Below are positions 18,516 to 28,558 of a stretch of 63,798 nucleotides of DNA, in pieces. Position 1 is the first letter of the stretch; each line of letters opens with the position of its first letter. The translations under genes were made by a program, and so were the position numbers. Under the pieces are notes generated by a model. That model worked only from the letters and a program-made list of their open reading frames with translations, did no database searches and was not told where the DNA came from. Where the stretch lies: the NCBI GenBank assembly GCA_040388455.1, contig JAZKBX010000100.1, positions 1 through 63,798 on the forward strand, written 5' to 3'. The stretch comes from Bacteroidota bacterium. GTDB taxonomy: Bacteria > Bacteroidota > Bacteroidia > 2-12-FULL-35-15.

Positions 18516-19790
18516 ATGCAAAACGCACTGACTCAAAAAGGGCCTTCCGCAAGTGTGGTTATCCCACATTATATTTGTGGAGCATTTTTTTTTGTAGTCC
18601 TTTGTTTTTTTATTCTCTTTTCATCAGATGCTTTTATCGGACATTATTTCCATCCTAAACTATTAGCGATCACACATATTGCAGCATTAGGATGGGGAAC
18701 CATGATTATTTTTGGTGCTTTGTATCAATTACTTCCTGTTATTCTCGAAACACCTCTTTATAACGAAACACTGGCGAAAATAACTTTTGTCACTTTTACT
18801 GCCGGTGTAGTTTGTCTTGCCTGGGCTTTTTGGAATTTTTATATAGGCATACACATTCAGGTAGCTGCCATCTTGCTTTTGTTATCATTTTCGCTTTTGG
18901 TTATTAATGTTGTTATGACCGCCAACAAAGCTCCGAAATGGACTACGGAAGCTGATTTTATTGTTACTTCGGCTGTATGGCTTCTCCTTACCGGATTATT
19001 AGGCACACTCATGGCATTTAACTTTACGTATCCTTTATTAAACAAATCGCATTTGTTGTTTCTAAAGATCCATGCTCACCTTGGCATTGCCGGGTGGTTC
19101 GTTTTGCTTATCATGGGTGTGGGATCAAAACTTATTCCAATGTTTTTATTATCGCACAACCTGAACGCTAAAAAACTTAACTATGCCTACTATCTTGTTA
19201 ATATTGGATTAATTGGGTTTTCAGCAGATCTTTTCTTTCGTGATGAAAAAGCTTTTTTACATGTCTACGCACTGCTTATGGCATCCGGAATTTTATTTTT
19301 TATTTCATTTCTTTATGAAGCATACAAAAAAAGGGTTCGAAAACAATTGGATATAGGACTTAAACATTCGTTTATGGCATTTCTATTTTTTTTGCTTCCC
19401 ATCCTTATCGGTATTATTTTGAGTTTTAAGCCTTCTTTTAATGATAGATTCATGTTGCAGATTTATCTTGTTTACGGAGCAACCATTTTCTTTGGATTTA
19501 TCACTTCTCTGATATTAGGGCAGACATTCAAAACATTGCCTTTTATAATATGGATGCACAGGTATAGTAAAGTTGCCGGCCGTCAAAAAACGATGCTTCC
19601 TAAAGACCTGTATTCACAAACGCTTGTGAAGGCACAATATGTGGTTTATTTGGTGGCCTTGCCTACATTAATCGTAGGGATACTTCTTTCGGTATCTGTG
19701 GTGATAAAAACAGGTGGGGTACTTCTTCTTGCTACAGCAGTTTTATACACTATAAATGTTTTAAAGATAGTAATGCACAATTTTAAATAA
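18516..19790 (+). CDS. 12-TM integral membrane protein, distant haem-copper-oxidase subunit-I-like, built from three 134-aa repeats
   Basis: [H/A]-x4-G-[W/F]-x6-G-x6-P at residues 54, 188 and 322. The TM2 segment resembles NorB/CcoN helix II (H..L..W......G..Y.L.P). Confidence 0.7.
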   Translation: MQNALTQKGPSASVVIPHYICGAFFFVVLCFFILFSSDAFIGHYFHPKLLAITHIAALGWGTMIIFGALYQLLPVILETPLYNETLAKITFVTFTAGVVCLAWAFWNFYIGIHIQVAAILLLLSFSLLVINVVMTANKAPKWTTEADFIVTSAVWLLLTGLLGTLMAFNFTYPLLNKSHLLFLKIHAHLGIAGWFVLLIMGVGSKLIPMFLLSHNLNAKKLNYAYYLVNIGLIGFSADLFFRDEKAFLHVYALLMASGILFFISFLYEAYKKRVRKQLDIGLKHSFMAFLFFLLPILIGIILSFKPSFNDRFMLQIYLVYGATIFFGFITSLILGQTFKTLPFIIWMHRYSKVAGRQKTMLPKDLYSQTLVKAQYVVYLVALPTLIVGILLSVSVVIKTGGVLLLATAVLYTINVLKIVMHNFK

Positions 19791-19803
19791 ACAAATAAAT
19801 ATC

Positions 19804-20127
19804 ATGGAAAATATACTTGAGTCAGAAAATATTGGGGTTGAAATATATGACGCTCTTAAAACAGTTATTGATCCCGAGCTAGGGGTTAATATTATCGATC
19901 TGGGCCTCGTTTATAAAATTGAATATAGTGTGGATAAAGGAATAGAAGTTGATGTAACGCTTTCAACAAAAGGCTGCCCGATGGCCGATATAATAATGGA
20001 TGATATTCAAACCACTTTAGCTGGGAAATTCCCTAAGGAAAAATTAAATATTGAGTTAGTCTGGGAACCAGTTTGGACTTCCGATTTTATGACTCCAGCC
20101 GGGAAATTCGCCTTGGGGCGGCTATAG
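19804..20127 (+). CDS. DUF59 (SufT/MIP18-like) Fe-S assembly-associated protein
   Basis: L..V.DPELG.NI.DLGLVY pattern, 107 aa. Confidence 0.8.
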   Translation: MENILESENIGVEIYDALKTVIDPELGVNIIDLGLVYKIEYSVDKGIEVDVTLSTKGCPMADIIMDDIQTTLAGKFPKEKLNIELVWEPVWTSDFMTPAGKFALGRL

Positions 20128-20328
20128 GAAACAAATAGTTTTGTTTATATAAGAGGAGAAGGGGGTAGATTATTATTATTATATGTTCATTTATGAAAAT
20201 TTATTAATGGTATTATGGGGGAATCGAATCAAATATGAATAAGGATGGAGTACCTATTTTGATTATGGTTTTGGGTTGTTTAAAAATGAAATTATAGAAA
20301 TAAAAAAAATATTTTTTATTTCTAATAA

Positions 20329-20342
20329 CTGACAAATATCAT
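20329..20342 (+). promoter_or_regulatory. FNR/CRP-type box CTGAC-AAAT-ATCAT upstream of the fasciclin gene
   Basis: Centre is 36.5 nt from the G of ttcTTTG (20372); ~180 nt before ATG 20523. Confidence 0.5.
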
Positions 20343-20522
20343 ATTATTTTACTTTGCAATTTCTGTTCTTTGTAGAAAATTAATCATCATAAAAACCACG
20401 ATCAATTTAGTAGGAATGCAAAGCGGAAAAAAGTTCACTTTATATAAATGATTGAAAACTCAAATTTTTAAAAATGGTACTAGTTACATTATAAATTAAT
20501 TAACCTAACAAACCCAAATATT

Positions 20523-21083
20523 ATGAAAAACTTAAACTATTTTATTATCGCATGTGGCTTAACAGGACTCTTATCATGTAACTCGGAAACCACAGAGGAA
20601 ACAGTTGCTCCAAACGAAACCGCGGAAGCCAATGTTACGGCAGGGCAGTCAGCTGTTCAGGATAATGAATCAGCTAAAAATATTGTACAGGTCGCATCTG
20701 GAAGTAAAGACCATACAACTTTAGTTGCTGCAGTAGTGGCGGCTGAGTTGGTAGATGTTTTAAGTAATGCAGGGCCTTTTACAGTTTTTGCTCCAACCAA
20801 TGATGCCTTCAATAAACTTCCAGCCGGTACTGTTGAGGGTTTGTTAAAACCTGAAAAGTTAGAAGCTTTACAGGATATTTTACAGTATCATGTTATTGTT
20901 GGTGTAATGAATACGGATCTGATGCAGGATGGACAGAACATCGGAATGGTGAATGGTGGAAATGTAACAATCTCGAAGAAAGATGGGAAAGTTATGGTGA
21001 ATGGTACTGCAACTGTTGTAGCTTCAATTCCAACCAGTAACGGAGTAATTCATGTGGTGGACGCAGTTTTGCTTCCAAAGTAA
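20523..21083 (+). CDS. Fasciclin (FAS1) domain lipoprotein
   Basis: Lipobox LLSC; TVFAPTNDAF..L; NGVIHVVD. Confidence 0.85.
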   Translation: MKNLNYFIIACGLTGLLSCNSETTEETVAPNETAEANVTAGQSAVQDNESAKNIVQVASGSKDHTTLVAAVVAAELVDVLSNAGPFTVFAPTNDAFNKLPAGTVEGLLKPEKLEALQDILQYHVIVGVMNTDLMQDGQNIGMVNGGNVTISKKDGKVMVNGTATVVASIPTSNGVIHVVDAVLLPK

Positions 21084-21117
21084 TAGATTTTTTTTGTTTG
21101 TGTAGTGTCCCTTAGAG

Positions 21118-21142
21118 CCCTGAATTTATTCAGGGTTTTTTG
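21118..21142 (+). terminator. Rho-independent terminator
   Basis: CCCTGAA-ttta-TTCAGGG followed by T6. Confidence 0.7.
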
Positions 21143-21428
21143 TTTTCAATATTTGAATCAAAATAGTTAGGTATATAAGCTAAAAAAGAGTTGCGATATT
21201 TTTATTTTAATTTTTATATTCGACATTGATAGTAATTTTTGGATGTCTTCATAATTAAATTTTGAAAAATAAAAAAAATGAGTGATAAAGAGTAATTTCT
21301 TAAATATGAATGAAGACAGCCTCATATATTAATAATTTCAAAACCTATGCCATAGCTATAATAGGTTCTCAGGATGATGCATTTGCCTGCTAACATAAGA
21401 TACATATTCAAATAAAGGAAAGTATAAA

Positions 21429-21752
21429 ATGGAAAACATTACTAACCCCAATTTATTAAAATGGGAATTCACGAAAATAAAAGGTTTCTTGTCAAAAGAA
21501 CTTATTGAACTTCAAAACGGAGGATTGAAACTTGTTAAGGTTGAACCAGGTTCCGCTTACCCATTTCATAATCACCCAGATAAAACAGAGTTTATTTATG
21601 TTTTGGAAGGGATACCTGAAATAACTATTGATGATAATCATTATATTGGTAAAAATGGAGACTTTTTTATTTTGCCTAAATCAATCAAGCATAGTATAAA
21701 CAATAGTAGTAATAATGATTGCATTCTCTTAATAGGTGCGATCAAAAGCTAA
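21429..21752 (+). CDS. Cupin-2 domain protein
   Basis: G....H.H.....E..YVLEG; 107 aa. Confidence 0.7.
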   Translation: MENITNPNLLKWEFTKIKGFLSKELIELQNGGLKLVKVEPGSAYPFHNHPDKTEFIYVLEGIPEITIDDNHYIGKNGDFFILPKSIKHSINNSSNNDCILLIGAIKS

Positions 21753-21892
21753 ACTATTAATGAATTTCGATCAAAAGAAACTTTAGTTATAAGTATTATA
21801 AATATAAGTTTGAACTAATTTGTAGATGGGAAAATATTTGAAGTTATTTTTTTTCTCTCCTATATTAATTCAAAATCGTAAAAAAATATTTT

Positions 21893-22660
21893 TTAAAGAT
21901 CTTTTTTGTGAAATATTCTTAAGGAAAAGTAGAGTGGTATAGCGATCCATAGCCCAAGCGCGAGGAGTGCAGCTATAAATCCGGTGGTGGTTCCAAAGAA
22001 ATCTTTAAATATAGCACCGGTATACCCCATGAGGGCAGAGACATCCAATCTTAATAATATGATTATTCTACTGAGATCGATCGGGTTAAATGCGCTAAGT
22101 GCCATCATTGGTTTTTCGAGAGGATAATCAGCAAATTGAAACAGAAGAAAAAGTACCAGTCCATCAAAAATTATTGCAAAATATAACCAGAGAAAAATAG
22201 CCATTCCCATACCTTTGGCTTTATCTCTGGTTAATACAGAAGCTAATAAAGCAATAGCGACAAATATAATTGAAAGCATACAGCCTATAAGAATCATAAT
22301 TATACCCGTTGGAGATGGTTCGAAGTAAAGGATCGGTAACCCGGAGCCAATTAAAAATGAAACAACCAGGGAAGTAGATAAGCCTGAAAACAAGCTTAAC
22401 CATATACTTTTTCTTTGTAATGGCTGACTTACCAGTAATTCAATAAATTCAGAGCTGTTATAAATATAGATGGTGGAAAAAATAATGGAAACTAAAGGAA
22501 CAATAAACAGTTCCAGGTTTAACAAACTTAATAATCCTTTTGCTGTATTATCCTCAAGACTGAATACGCTAAAGGAAATTAAAAATAACAATATCGTGTA
22601 TGCGATTATGATCTTGCTACGCAATATATCCAGGATCACATATTTTACAACTTTTCTCAT
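21893..22660 (-). CDS. nosY: Nitrous-oxide reductase maturation ABC permease NosY
   Basis: Six-TM ABC-2 type permease; ATGA overlap with nosF; nos context. Confidence 0.8.
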   Translation of the reverse strand: MRKVVKYVILDILRSKIIIAYTILLFLISFSVFSLEDNTAKGLLSLLNLELFIVPLVSIIFSTIYIYNSSEFIELLVSQPLQRKSIWLSLFSGLSTSLVVSFLIGSGLPILYFEPSPTGIIMILIGCMLSIIFVAIALLASVLTRDKAKGMGMAIFLWLYFAIIFDGLVLFLLFQFADYPLEKPMMALSAFNPIDLSRIIILLRLDVSALMGYTGAIFKDFFGTTTGFIAALLALGLWIAIPLYFSLRIFHKKDL

Positions 22661-23370
22661 AATTGATTTTGAAGCATTATTTTAGCAATAGCTTTTGAAA
22701 GCTTTTCTTCACCTGTTTCTTTTTTGAGCAAATTAATTTCCTTTTGAAATTTTAATTTTCCATCCTGCATATATACAATTTGAGTGATCAGATCGTCCAA
22801 TTCACTTAATACATGGGAGGTGATAATTATTAATTTACCCTTTGTTTTTTCTTTTACTATTTTTTCTTTTAATATTTCGGACGATACCGGATCCAGACCT
22901 GCTGTTGGTTCGTCAAGAATAAGTACATCAGCATTAAATAAAAAAGCTAAGGAAGCACTCACTTTTTGTCTTGTTCCCCCGGATAATGTTCTCATCCGTT
23001 TATTCATAATATCGTGCAGCGCAAATTTTTCAACCAACTCTTCATCAAGCACATTTTTTTCGGATTTCCGAATATCCTTCATCATATTAATAACTTGTCC
23101 AATGGTCATGTTATCGGGGTAACGTCCTATCTGCGGCATGTAACCAATTTGAGAACGATATTTCCAGTTTTTTGAGATACTGATTTTGTTAAATAAAATC
23201 GATCCTGCATCAGGCACAACCATGCCCAGGATACTTTTGATCAGCGTTGTTTTTCCGCTACCATTAGGACCAATTAGTGCAATACATTCTCCACTGTTAA
23301 ACTGAAGATTCAGCTGATCAAGGGCTTTAAGTTTACCAAAATGTTTTGAGATGTTATTTATTGTGATCAT
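22657..23370 (-). CDS. nosF: ABC transporter ATP-binding protein NosF
   Basis: Walker A GPNGSGKTT, signature LSGGTRQK, Walker B LILDEP. Confidence 0.85.
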   Translation of the reverse strand: MITINNISKHFGKLKALDQLNLQFNSGECIALIGPNGSGKTTLIKSILGMVVPDAGSILFNKISISKNWKYRSQIGYMPQIGRYPDNMTIGQVINMMKDIRKSEKNVLDEELVEKFALHDIMNKRMRTLSGGTRQKVSASLAFLFNADVLILDEPTAGLDPVSSEILKEKIVKEKTKGKLIIITSHVLSELDDLITQIVYMQDGKLKFQKEINLLKKETGEEKLSKAIAKIMLQNQL

Positions 23371-23542
23371 TGGTTCTATAATGTTTCTTGTGGTAAATTA
23401 TATTTAACCACATGATTCATAGTTATTGCTATATTAATTTATAATGTCCCGATAAATTCAGAAAACATAGAGAAGGCATTGTTTTAAAGATTGTTTTTTA
23501 TGTTATTTAAATGTTTCTAAGTGTTTTTTTTAATTGAAAGAA

Positions 23543-24796
23543 TCACAAATCAATTGCCCTCATTAAAGGGAAATCATCTTTAAGATTTTCAGGGGTTAAA
23601 GATGGTATTATTTTTTCAGTTTTATCTAATAAAGAAACCATAATACTTCGGAAAAGAATCATGGCTTGAGGATTTTGTTCAATGATCATTGAAAACATAC
23701 TGATAGGACGGTAAGCAATATCTCCGATTTTATTCCTGTTAATATCATACCCTTCATATTTGTCCCAATAGTTGTAATTAAAAGAATTTAATACAAGGAA
23801 ACCATTGGTTCCAATATCAAAAGTATTTCCTAAAAAATTATTAAAATTAAGACTTACATTCATGCAACTTGCCTGAATTTTGATTGCCCAACCGTTTCGT
23901 GAAAAGGTGTTTTTTTGCACAGGAGTGTTGTTCACTCCTTCCATGTAGATACCACTTGTGTTTTCAAGAAATTTATTTCCATTAATATAGCTGTCAGATA
24001 TTTCTTTTAACAATAGCCCGTAAGCTGCATCACCCCAGTTATTAGAAAAAACATTATTGAACATTTTTACACGATGAGTGAACATAACGGATACTCCTGC
24101 ACCATTTTCGCTGAATACATTGCTTATATAGGCGTCATCGTTCGAAAACATAAAATGGAGCCCATAACGGATGTTTTTTTTAGAAATATTTCTCCAGATC
24201 ACAGAATGGGTTACAAACTCAAAATAAATACCATCTCTATGACCTGTTATCTTGTTTCCAATAATCTGTAAATTTTCGCATTTCCAGCAATGAATACCAT
24301 TTCCGATTTGTTGTTCCTCTTTGCCATACGAGGTTATTTGATTGTTTTTAATAATGCAGTTTTTTCCGGACTGGAGGTATATTCCAAAAAATGTATCGTC
24401 TATAATGTTGTCAGATATGGTTACGTATTCCGATTCATAGACTTTTATTGCGGCAACATCATCAAGTGTTCCATAGCCGCTGTGTTGCAATTTGAATCCC
24501 ATGATTTGAACATGGTTAGCTTTGATGGATATGATCTCATATTTACCTTCCCCATCCAGTACAGGGCGGTTTTGACCAATAAGGGTTAATGGTTTATCAA
24601 TAATAATATTTTTTTCAAAATAAATTCCTGATGAAACAAGGATTGTGTCGGAAGCATTGGCGATATTAACTGCTTTTTGAATTGTATTTGATACAGCCCC
24701 CTTTGCAACATATATAGTAGTTGCATTAAGCAGCTGCGAAAATAATACAAAAGCACATACCCCAATGAACTTTAAGAGGTTGGATGTTAAAAACAT
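23543..24796 (-). CDS. nosD: Periplasmic copper-processing protein NosD (parallel beta-helix repeats)
   Basis: Repeated ..N.I..N... beta-helix units. Start moved to ATG 24796, which forms a TAATG overlap with the upstream stop and exposes a signal peptide (MFLTSNLLKFIGVCAFVLF). Confidence 0.85.
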   Translation of the reverse strand: MFLTSNLLKFIGVCAFVLFSQLLNATTIYVAKGAVSNTIQKAVNIANASDTILVSSGIYFEKNIIIDKPLTLIGQNRPVLDGEGKYEIISIKANHVQIMGFKLQHSGYGTLDDVAAIKVYESEYVTISDNIIDDTFFGIYLQSGKNCIIKNNQITSYGKEEQQIGNGIHCWKCENLQIIGNKITGHRDGIYFEFVTHSVIWRNISKKNIRYGLHFMFSNDDAYISNVFSENGAGVSVMFTHRVKMFNNVFSNNWGDAAYGLLLKEISDSYINGNKFLENTSGIYMEGVNNTPVQKNTFSRNGWAIKIQASCMNVSLNFNNFLGNTFDIGTNGFLVLNSFNYNYWDKYEGYDINRNKIGDIAYRPISMFSMIIEQNPQAMILFRSIMVSLLDKTEKIIPSLTPENLKDDFPLMRAIDL

Positions 24797-25824
24797 TATT
24801 TTACAGGCATAAGTTGAGTCCATGTAACTTCCTCTCCACCCAATTGTGTGGCGTAAAATTTCAAACTATCCCGGGATGAAAAGGCTGCTATGTCACCCCC
24901 CATAGGTGTTTTAAGTTGATCGCTTTTTAAATAAAAACTGTTTTGACTTTTAATTAGTGCGTGGCCATTACAAAAATCTGTAAAATAAATATCTTTGATA
25001 TTATCCATCTTAATACCACCCTCCGATATTTCGGAAAAGAGGCATTTCGAATCATCATATTTAAATGCTCTGCCTTTTTTTGTCAGGATTTCGGCACCGT
25101 ATTTATTGTCACTGATGGTCATTTTACAAAAATTGCAGTTGTCCTTACCAATCTTGATTGGCTCCGGTTCAATCGAACATCCTGAAATTGAAAAGATAAG
25201 GAGAGCGATTGGTAAAATCGATTTTAACTTGTTCAATATTCCTTCTTTACTTTTTATACGATGATCAATAATAATACATACGAGTAGGAGTACACCGGCA
25301 ACAATAAAAAGCCAGCCTCCAATATCAGGTATTGAATATGCTCCGAAATTAAGTAGTTGCTTATATCCTATCAATGGTGGTTGATAGGCCATTCCCGGAA
25401 CAATAATAGCAGCATTCGGATCGAGGTTATGTCCGTAATTATATTCCCATTTCCAGAAATCAATCATTGCAATTGTCCCAAAGAGCAGGAACGAGATAAA
25501 TAATACATACATTAATTTTCTCTTACCTATTATCGCAACAAGGATAAAGAATAATGAAAAAATTGCGATCAGGTACGGAAGAATTTTAAACTCAATGAAA
25601 TCTTCATTATGTAAGGTTTTCATACCAATGTAATGGTTCAACCCATTTATTATAGCTACATCACCACCTAAACCATTTGCATTTATTGTTATCATTAATC
25701 CTTCGGGATATTGTGGCGCGGCCAGTTCAATTCTCCAGATGGGATTAAATAAAACAAAGACTAACATGATACCACACAAAAATAGAGTTATTCTTAATTT
25801 GATGTTTAATTGTATGTTTTTCAT
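24796..25824 (-). CDS. nosL: NosB-like 4-TM domain continuous with a NosL copper-chaperone domain (single ORF)
   Basis: Residues 1-190 are a 4-TM module. Residues 197-216 are a complete lipoprotein signal (NKLKSILPIALLIFSISGC). Then a NosL-like C-x2-C-x-M (CNFCKM) and ..PMGG.I.AF. Confidence 0.75.
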   Translation of the reverse strand: MKNIQLNIKLRITLFLCGIMLVFVLFNPIWRIELAAPQYPEGLMITINANGLGGDVAIINGLNHYIGMKTLHNEDFIEFKILPYLIAIFSLFFILVAIIGKRKLMYVLFISFLLFGTIAMIDFWKWEYNYGHNLDPNAAIIVPGMAYQPPLIGYKQLLNFGAYSIPDIGGWLFIVAGVLLLVCIIIDHRIKSKEGILNKLKSILPIALLIFSISGCSIEPEPIKIGKDNCNFCKMTISDNKYGAEILTKKGRAFKYDDSKCLFSEISEGGIKMDNIKDIYFTDFCNGHALIKSQNSFYLKSDQLKTPMGGDIAAFSSRDSLKFYATQLGGEEVTWTQLMPVK

Positions 25825-25836
25825 AATTAATAGTGT

Positions 25837-25874
25837 AAAAAAAAGCGTGAGTTCAATTGGATAGGACTCACGCT
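25837..25874 (-). terminator. Intrinsic terminator/attenuator between nosZ and the accessory nos genes
   Basis: On the minus strand, hairpin GCGTGAGT..ACTCACGC followed by T8. A second hairpin lies at 25892-25921. Confidence 0.6.
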
Positions 25875-25936
25875 GATTAAATCTTTATATAATCCTGACA
25901 GGTTTTTTAACCTATCAGGATTGATTTTGCAATAAA

Positions 25937-27928
25937 CTATTTAGTTGCAGCAGAGGCTTCAGGTAAATTTGTTCCAGTGCTAAATAATAAAGGAACATTG
26001 CTTCCTGCAGGCGATACACGAAGGTAACCTGTCATCTCCTGATGCAAAGCACTACAGAAGTCGGTGCAATAAAATGGATATATTCCAATTTTTTCTGGAT
26101 TCCATTTCAATGTGCAAGTTTCTCCCGGCATTATTAATAATTCACCGTTATTGGCACCTTTGATTGCAAAGCCATGTGGAACATCCCAATCTTGTTCAAG
26201 GTTGGTAACATGGAAATATACTTCATCGCCCACTTTAATACCTTCAATATTATCAGGTGTAAGGTGAGAACGAATAGCAGTCATATATACATGAACTTTA
26301 TTTCCTTCTCTAACAATTTTGGTTTCTTTTTCTCCCATTGAAACGTATGGATGTTTATTCTCACTTATTTTAAATATTTTCACTGATTTATCTTTTATAA
26401 GATCAGCTTTTACCATTTGGGCATAATGAGGTTCACCAATAGTAGGATAATCAAGGATCATTTGCATTTTATCTCCACTTATATCAATAAGTTGTGCACT
26501 TTGAGATAATTCAGGGCCTGTAGGTAAATAACGATCTTTTGTAATTTTGTTATATGCGATCATGTATTTTCCATAAGGAGTTTTTGTATCTCCACCAGCA
26601 ACACAAAGGTGCCCAATTGAATAGAATGTAGGGATCTTATCAAGTACTTTTAAGTCTTTAATGCTCCATTTAGTGATTTCTGAAGACACAAACATAGAAG
26701 TATAAGCATTTCCTTTATCATCAAATTCGGTATGAAGAGGTCCTAAGCCAGGTTTTTTAACTTCACCATGTAATACGGATTCGTATTTTAAAACAGGAAT
26801 ACCTTCGTAATCACCGGCATAATCTTTTGCTTCAATAGCTTTTAACATTTTATCAAAGCTGAATACCGGAATCAACGCTGCTAATTTACCACTTGCAACA
26901 ATATACTCTCCTGTAGGACTTACATCACAACCATGTGGTGATTTAGGGCAAGGCATGAAATAGAATAGATCCTTAAATTCTTTGAAATCAAGAACCGTTA
27001 CTTCTGTTTTAATCTCGGATGTTGCAGAATGAGTTATATCACTGTATGTGTTATGGGCATATCTAACTTTTTGTTTTCTGCCTTTTCCAGCTTTGATATA
27101 CTCTTCCGCCTTTTTCCAGTTAACCGCCATGATAAAATCTTTATCTCTTTGAGAAGCATTTACTTCCAACAAAGTATTCGCTTGTTCTGTATTATACATA
27201 GAAAAGAAAAACCAACCATGAGAAACCCCTTTACCAGCACGGCTAAGATCGAAGTTCACACCCGGGCATTGTAATTGAAAGGCAATGTCCATTTTACCAT
27301 CTTCTTTACCTACACTAATGAAGGATAAAGTTCCTTTAAAGTTCTTTTTATAGGTATTAATTGGCACATCACCATTAGCATCATCAGGAGGTATGCTAAA
27401 ACGGGTCCCAGCTACAACATATTCTGTGTTTTCTGTAATGAACGGGGAAGAGTGATTACCGCCACTGTTTGGTAATTCAATAATTTCAGCTGTTCTAAAT
27501 GTTGTAAGATCAATTCTGGCAACACGAGGCGTATTGTTGGCATTACCAAAAACCCAACGGCCGTCATATTCTCCGTTTGTTTTAGAAACCTGTACGTGAT
27601 GTAAATCATCCCAAGGCACAAAACCATGCGAAGTATTTAACATTGGTTTTGTTTCTTCTGAATACCCATAACCTTTTTCGGGATCAACAGAAAAAACAGG
27701 CATTACACGAAGTAAACGACCTGAAGGGATACCATAAACAGACATTTGTCCGCTAAATCCTCCACTCACGAAGTTATAAAATTCATCATACTTTCCGGGA
27801 GCAACATATACTTTAGAAGCTGCATCACCACTTACCGCATTACTTACATTTTTGGGTTTACAGGAAACCATCCCTCCAACCGAAAGAATTAAAAGTAGTG
27901 AAGCGCTGTTAACTAATTGCGTTTTCAT
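25937..27928 (-). CDS. nosZ: Nitrous-oxide reductase, clade II (Sec/lipoprotein-type signal)
   Basis: CuA motif CTDFCSALHQEM at the C-terminus; beta-propeller body; no twin-Arg; lipobox GGMVSC. Confidence 0.95.
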   Translation of the reverse strand: MKTQLVNSASLLLILSVGGMVSCKPKNVSNAVSGDAASKVYVAPGKYDEFYNFVSGGFSGQMSVYGIPSGRLLRVMPVFSVDPEKGYGYSEETKPMLNTSHGFVPWDDLHHVQVSKTNGEYDGRWVFGNANNTPRVARIDLTTFRTAEIIELPNSGGNHSSPFITENTEYVVAGTRFSIPPDDANGDVPINTYKKNFKGTLSFISVGKEDGKMDIAFQLQCPGVNFDLSRAGKGVSHGWFFFSMYNTEQANTLLEVNASQRDKDFIMAVNWKKAEEYIKAGKGRKQKVRYAHNTYSDITHSATSEIKTEVTVLDFKEFKDLFYFMPCPKSPHGCDVSPTGEYIVASGKLAALIPVFSFDKMLKAIEAKDYAGDYEGIPVLKYESVLHGEVKKPGLGPLHTEFDDKGNAYTSMFVSSEITKWSIKDLKVLDKIPTFYSIGHLCVAGGDTKTPYGKYMIAYNKITKDRYLPTGPELSQSAQLIDISGDKMQMILDYPTIGEPHYAQMVKADLIKDKSVKIFKISENKHPYVSMGEKETKIVREGNKVHVYMTAIRSHLTPDNIEGIKVGDEVYFHVTNLEQDWDVPHGFAIKGANNGELLIMPGETCTLKWNPEKIGIYPFYCTDFCSALHQEMTGYLRVSPAGSNVPLLFSTGTNLPEASAATK

Positions 27929-27993
27929 AAAAAATTGTTTATTTATTTGTTTGTTTAATTATTGATTGCTATTATTTATATGCCAAGGACTAT

Positions 27994-28482
27994 TTATGGA
28001 TTAACTCCATCATTTTTGCGCATGAATTCCAATAGGTTTCTTGCTTCCTCATCGGTCAAACTTTGATTTGGCATACGCACAAGGCATATTTCCAACATTG
28101 CTTGTGCCTCAGGATCTTTATCAATCATTGGGTCGGGATTTGTAATAAAATTCATGATCCAATCCGGATGTCTGCGTGTTGTTACACCTGCCCAGCCCGG
28201 ACCAACCAATTTTTCACCGGTAAGTTTGTGACATGCAGAGCATTTCACATCAAATGTTTTTAAACCTGCTTCCGCCATCTGAACATTTAGTTTTTCATCA
28301 AGTTCAACATCTTCAAATTTCCCTTCACCACGTTTGGGGTCATAACTTGGGTTTTCACTTGCTTCTGTTGTTTCAGTTTTTGTAGCTTCTGTTCCTTCTG
28401 CTACCTTATTTGACTTGTCATCTCCGCACGAAGACACAATTCCTAATAATCCTAAGATTGATAGTACGACTATTTTTTTCAT
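27994..28482 (-). CDS. Monohaem c-type cytochrome lipoprotein (NosC-like electron donor)
   Basis: Lipobox IVSSC; CSACH; distal Met region; first gene of the nos operon. Confidence 0.85.
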   Translation of the reverse strand: MKKIVVLSILGLLGIVSSCGDDKSNKVAEGTEATKTETTEASENPSYDPKRGEGKFEDVELDEKLNVQMAEAGLKTFDVKCSACHKLTGEKLVGPGWAGVTTRRHPDWIMNFITNPDPMIDKDPEAQAMLEICLVRMPNQSLTDEEARNLLEFMRKNDGVNP

Positions 28483-28544
28483 GATGTTTTAGATTTAAGT
28501 TTAATTTCTAATGGCAAAATAACGAAATTCAAGAATAGCTATTC

Positions 28545-28558
28545 ATGATAAATGTCAT
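28545..28558 (-). promoter_or_regulatory. FNR/CRP-type box ATGAT-AAAT-GTCAT upstream of the nos operon
   Basis: Centre is 36.5 nt from the G (28515) of a minus-strand TTATTTTG; 63 nt upstream of the start at 28482. Confidence 0.7.
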
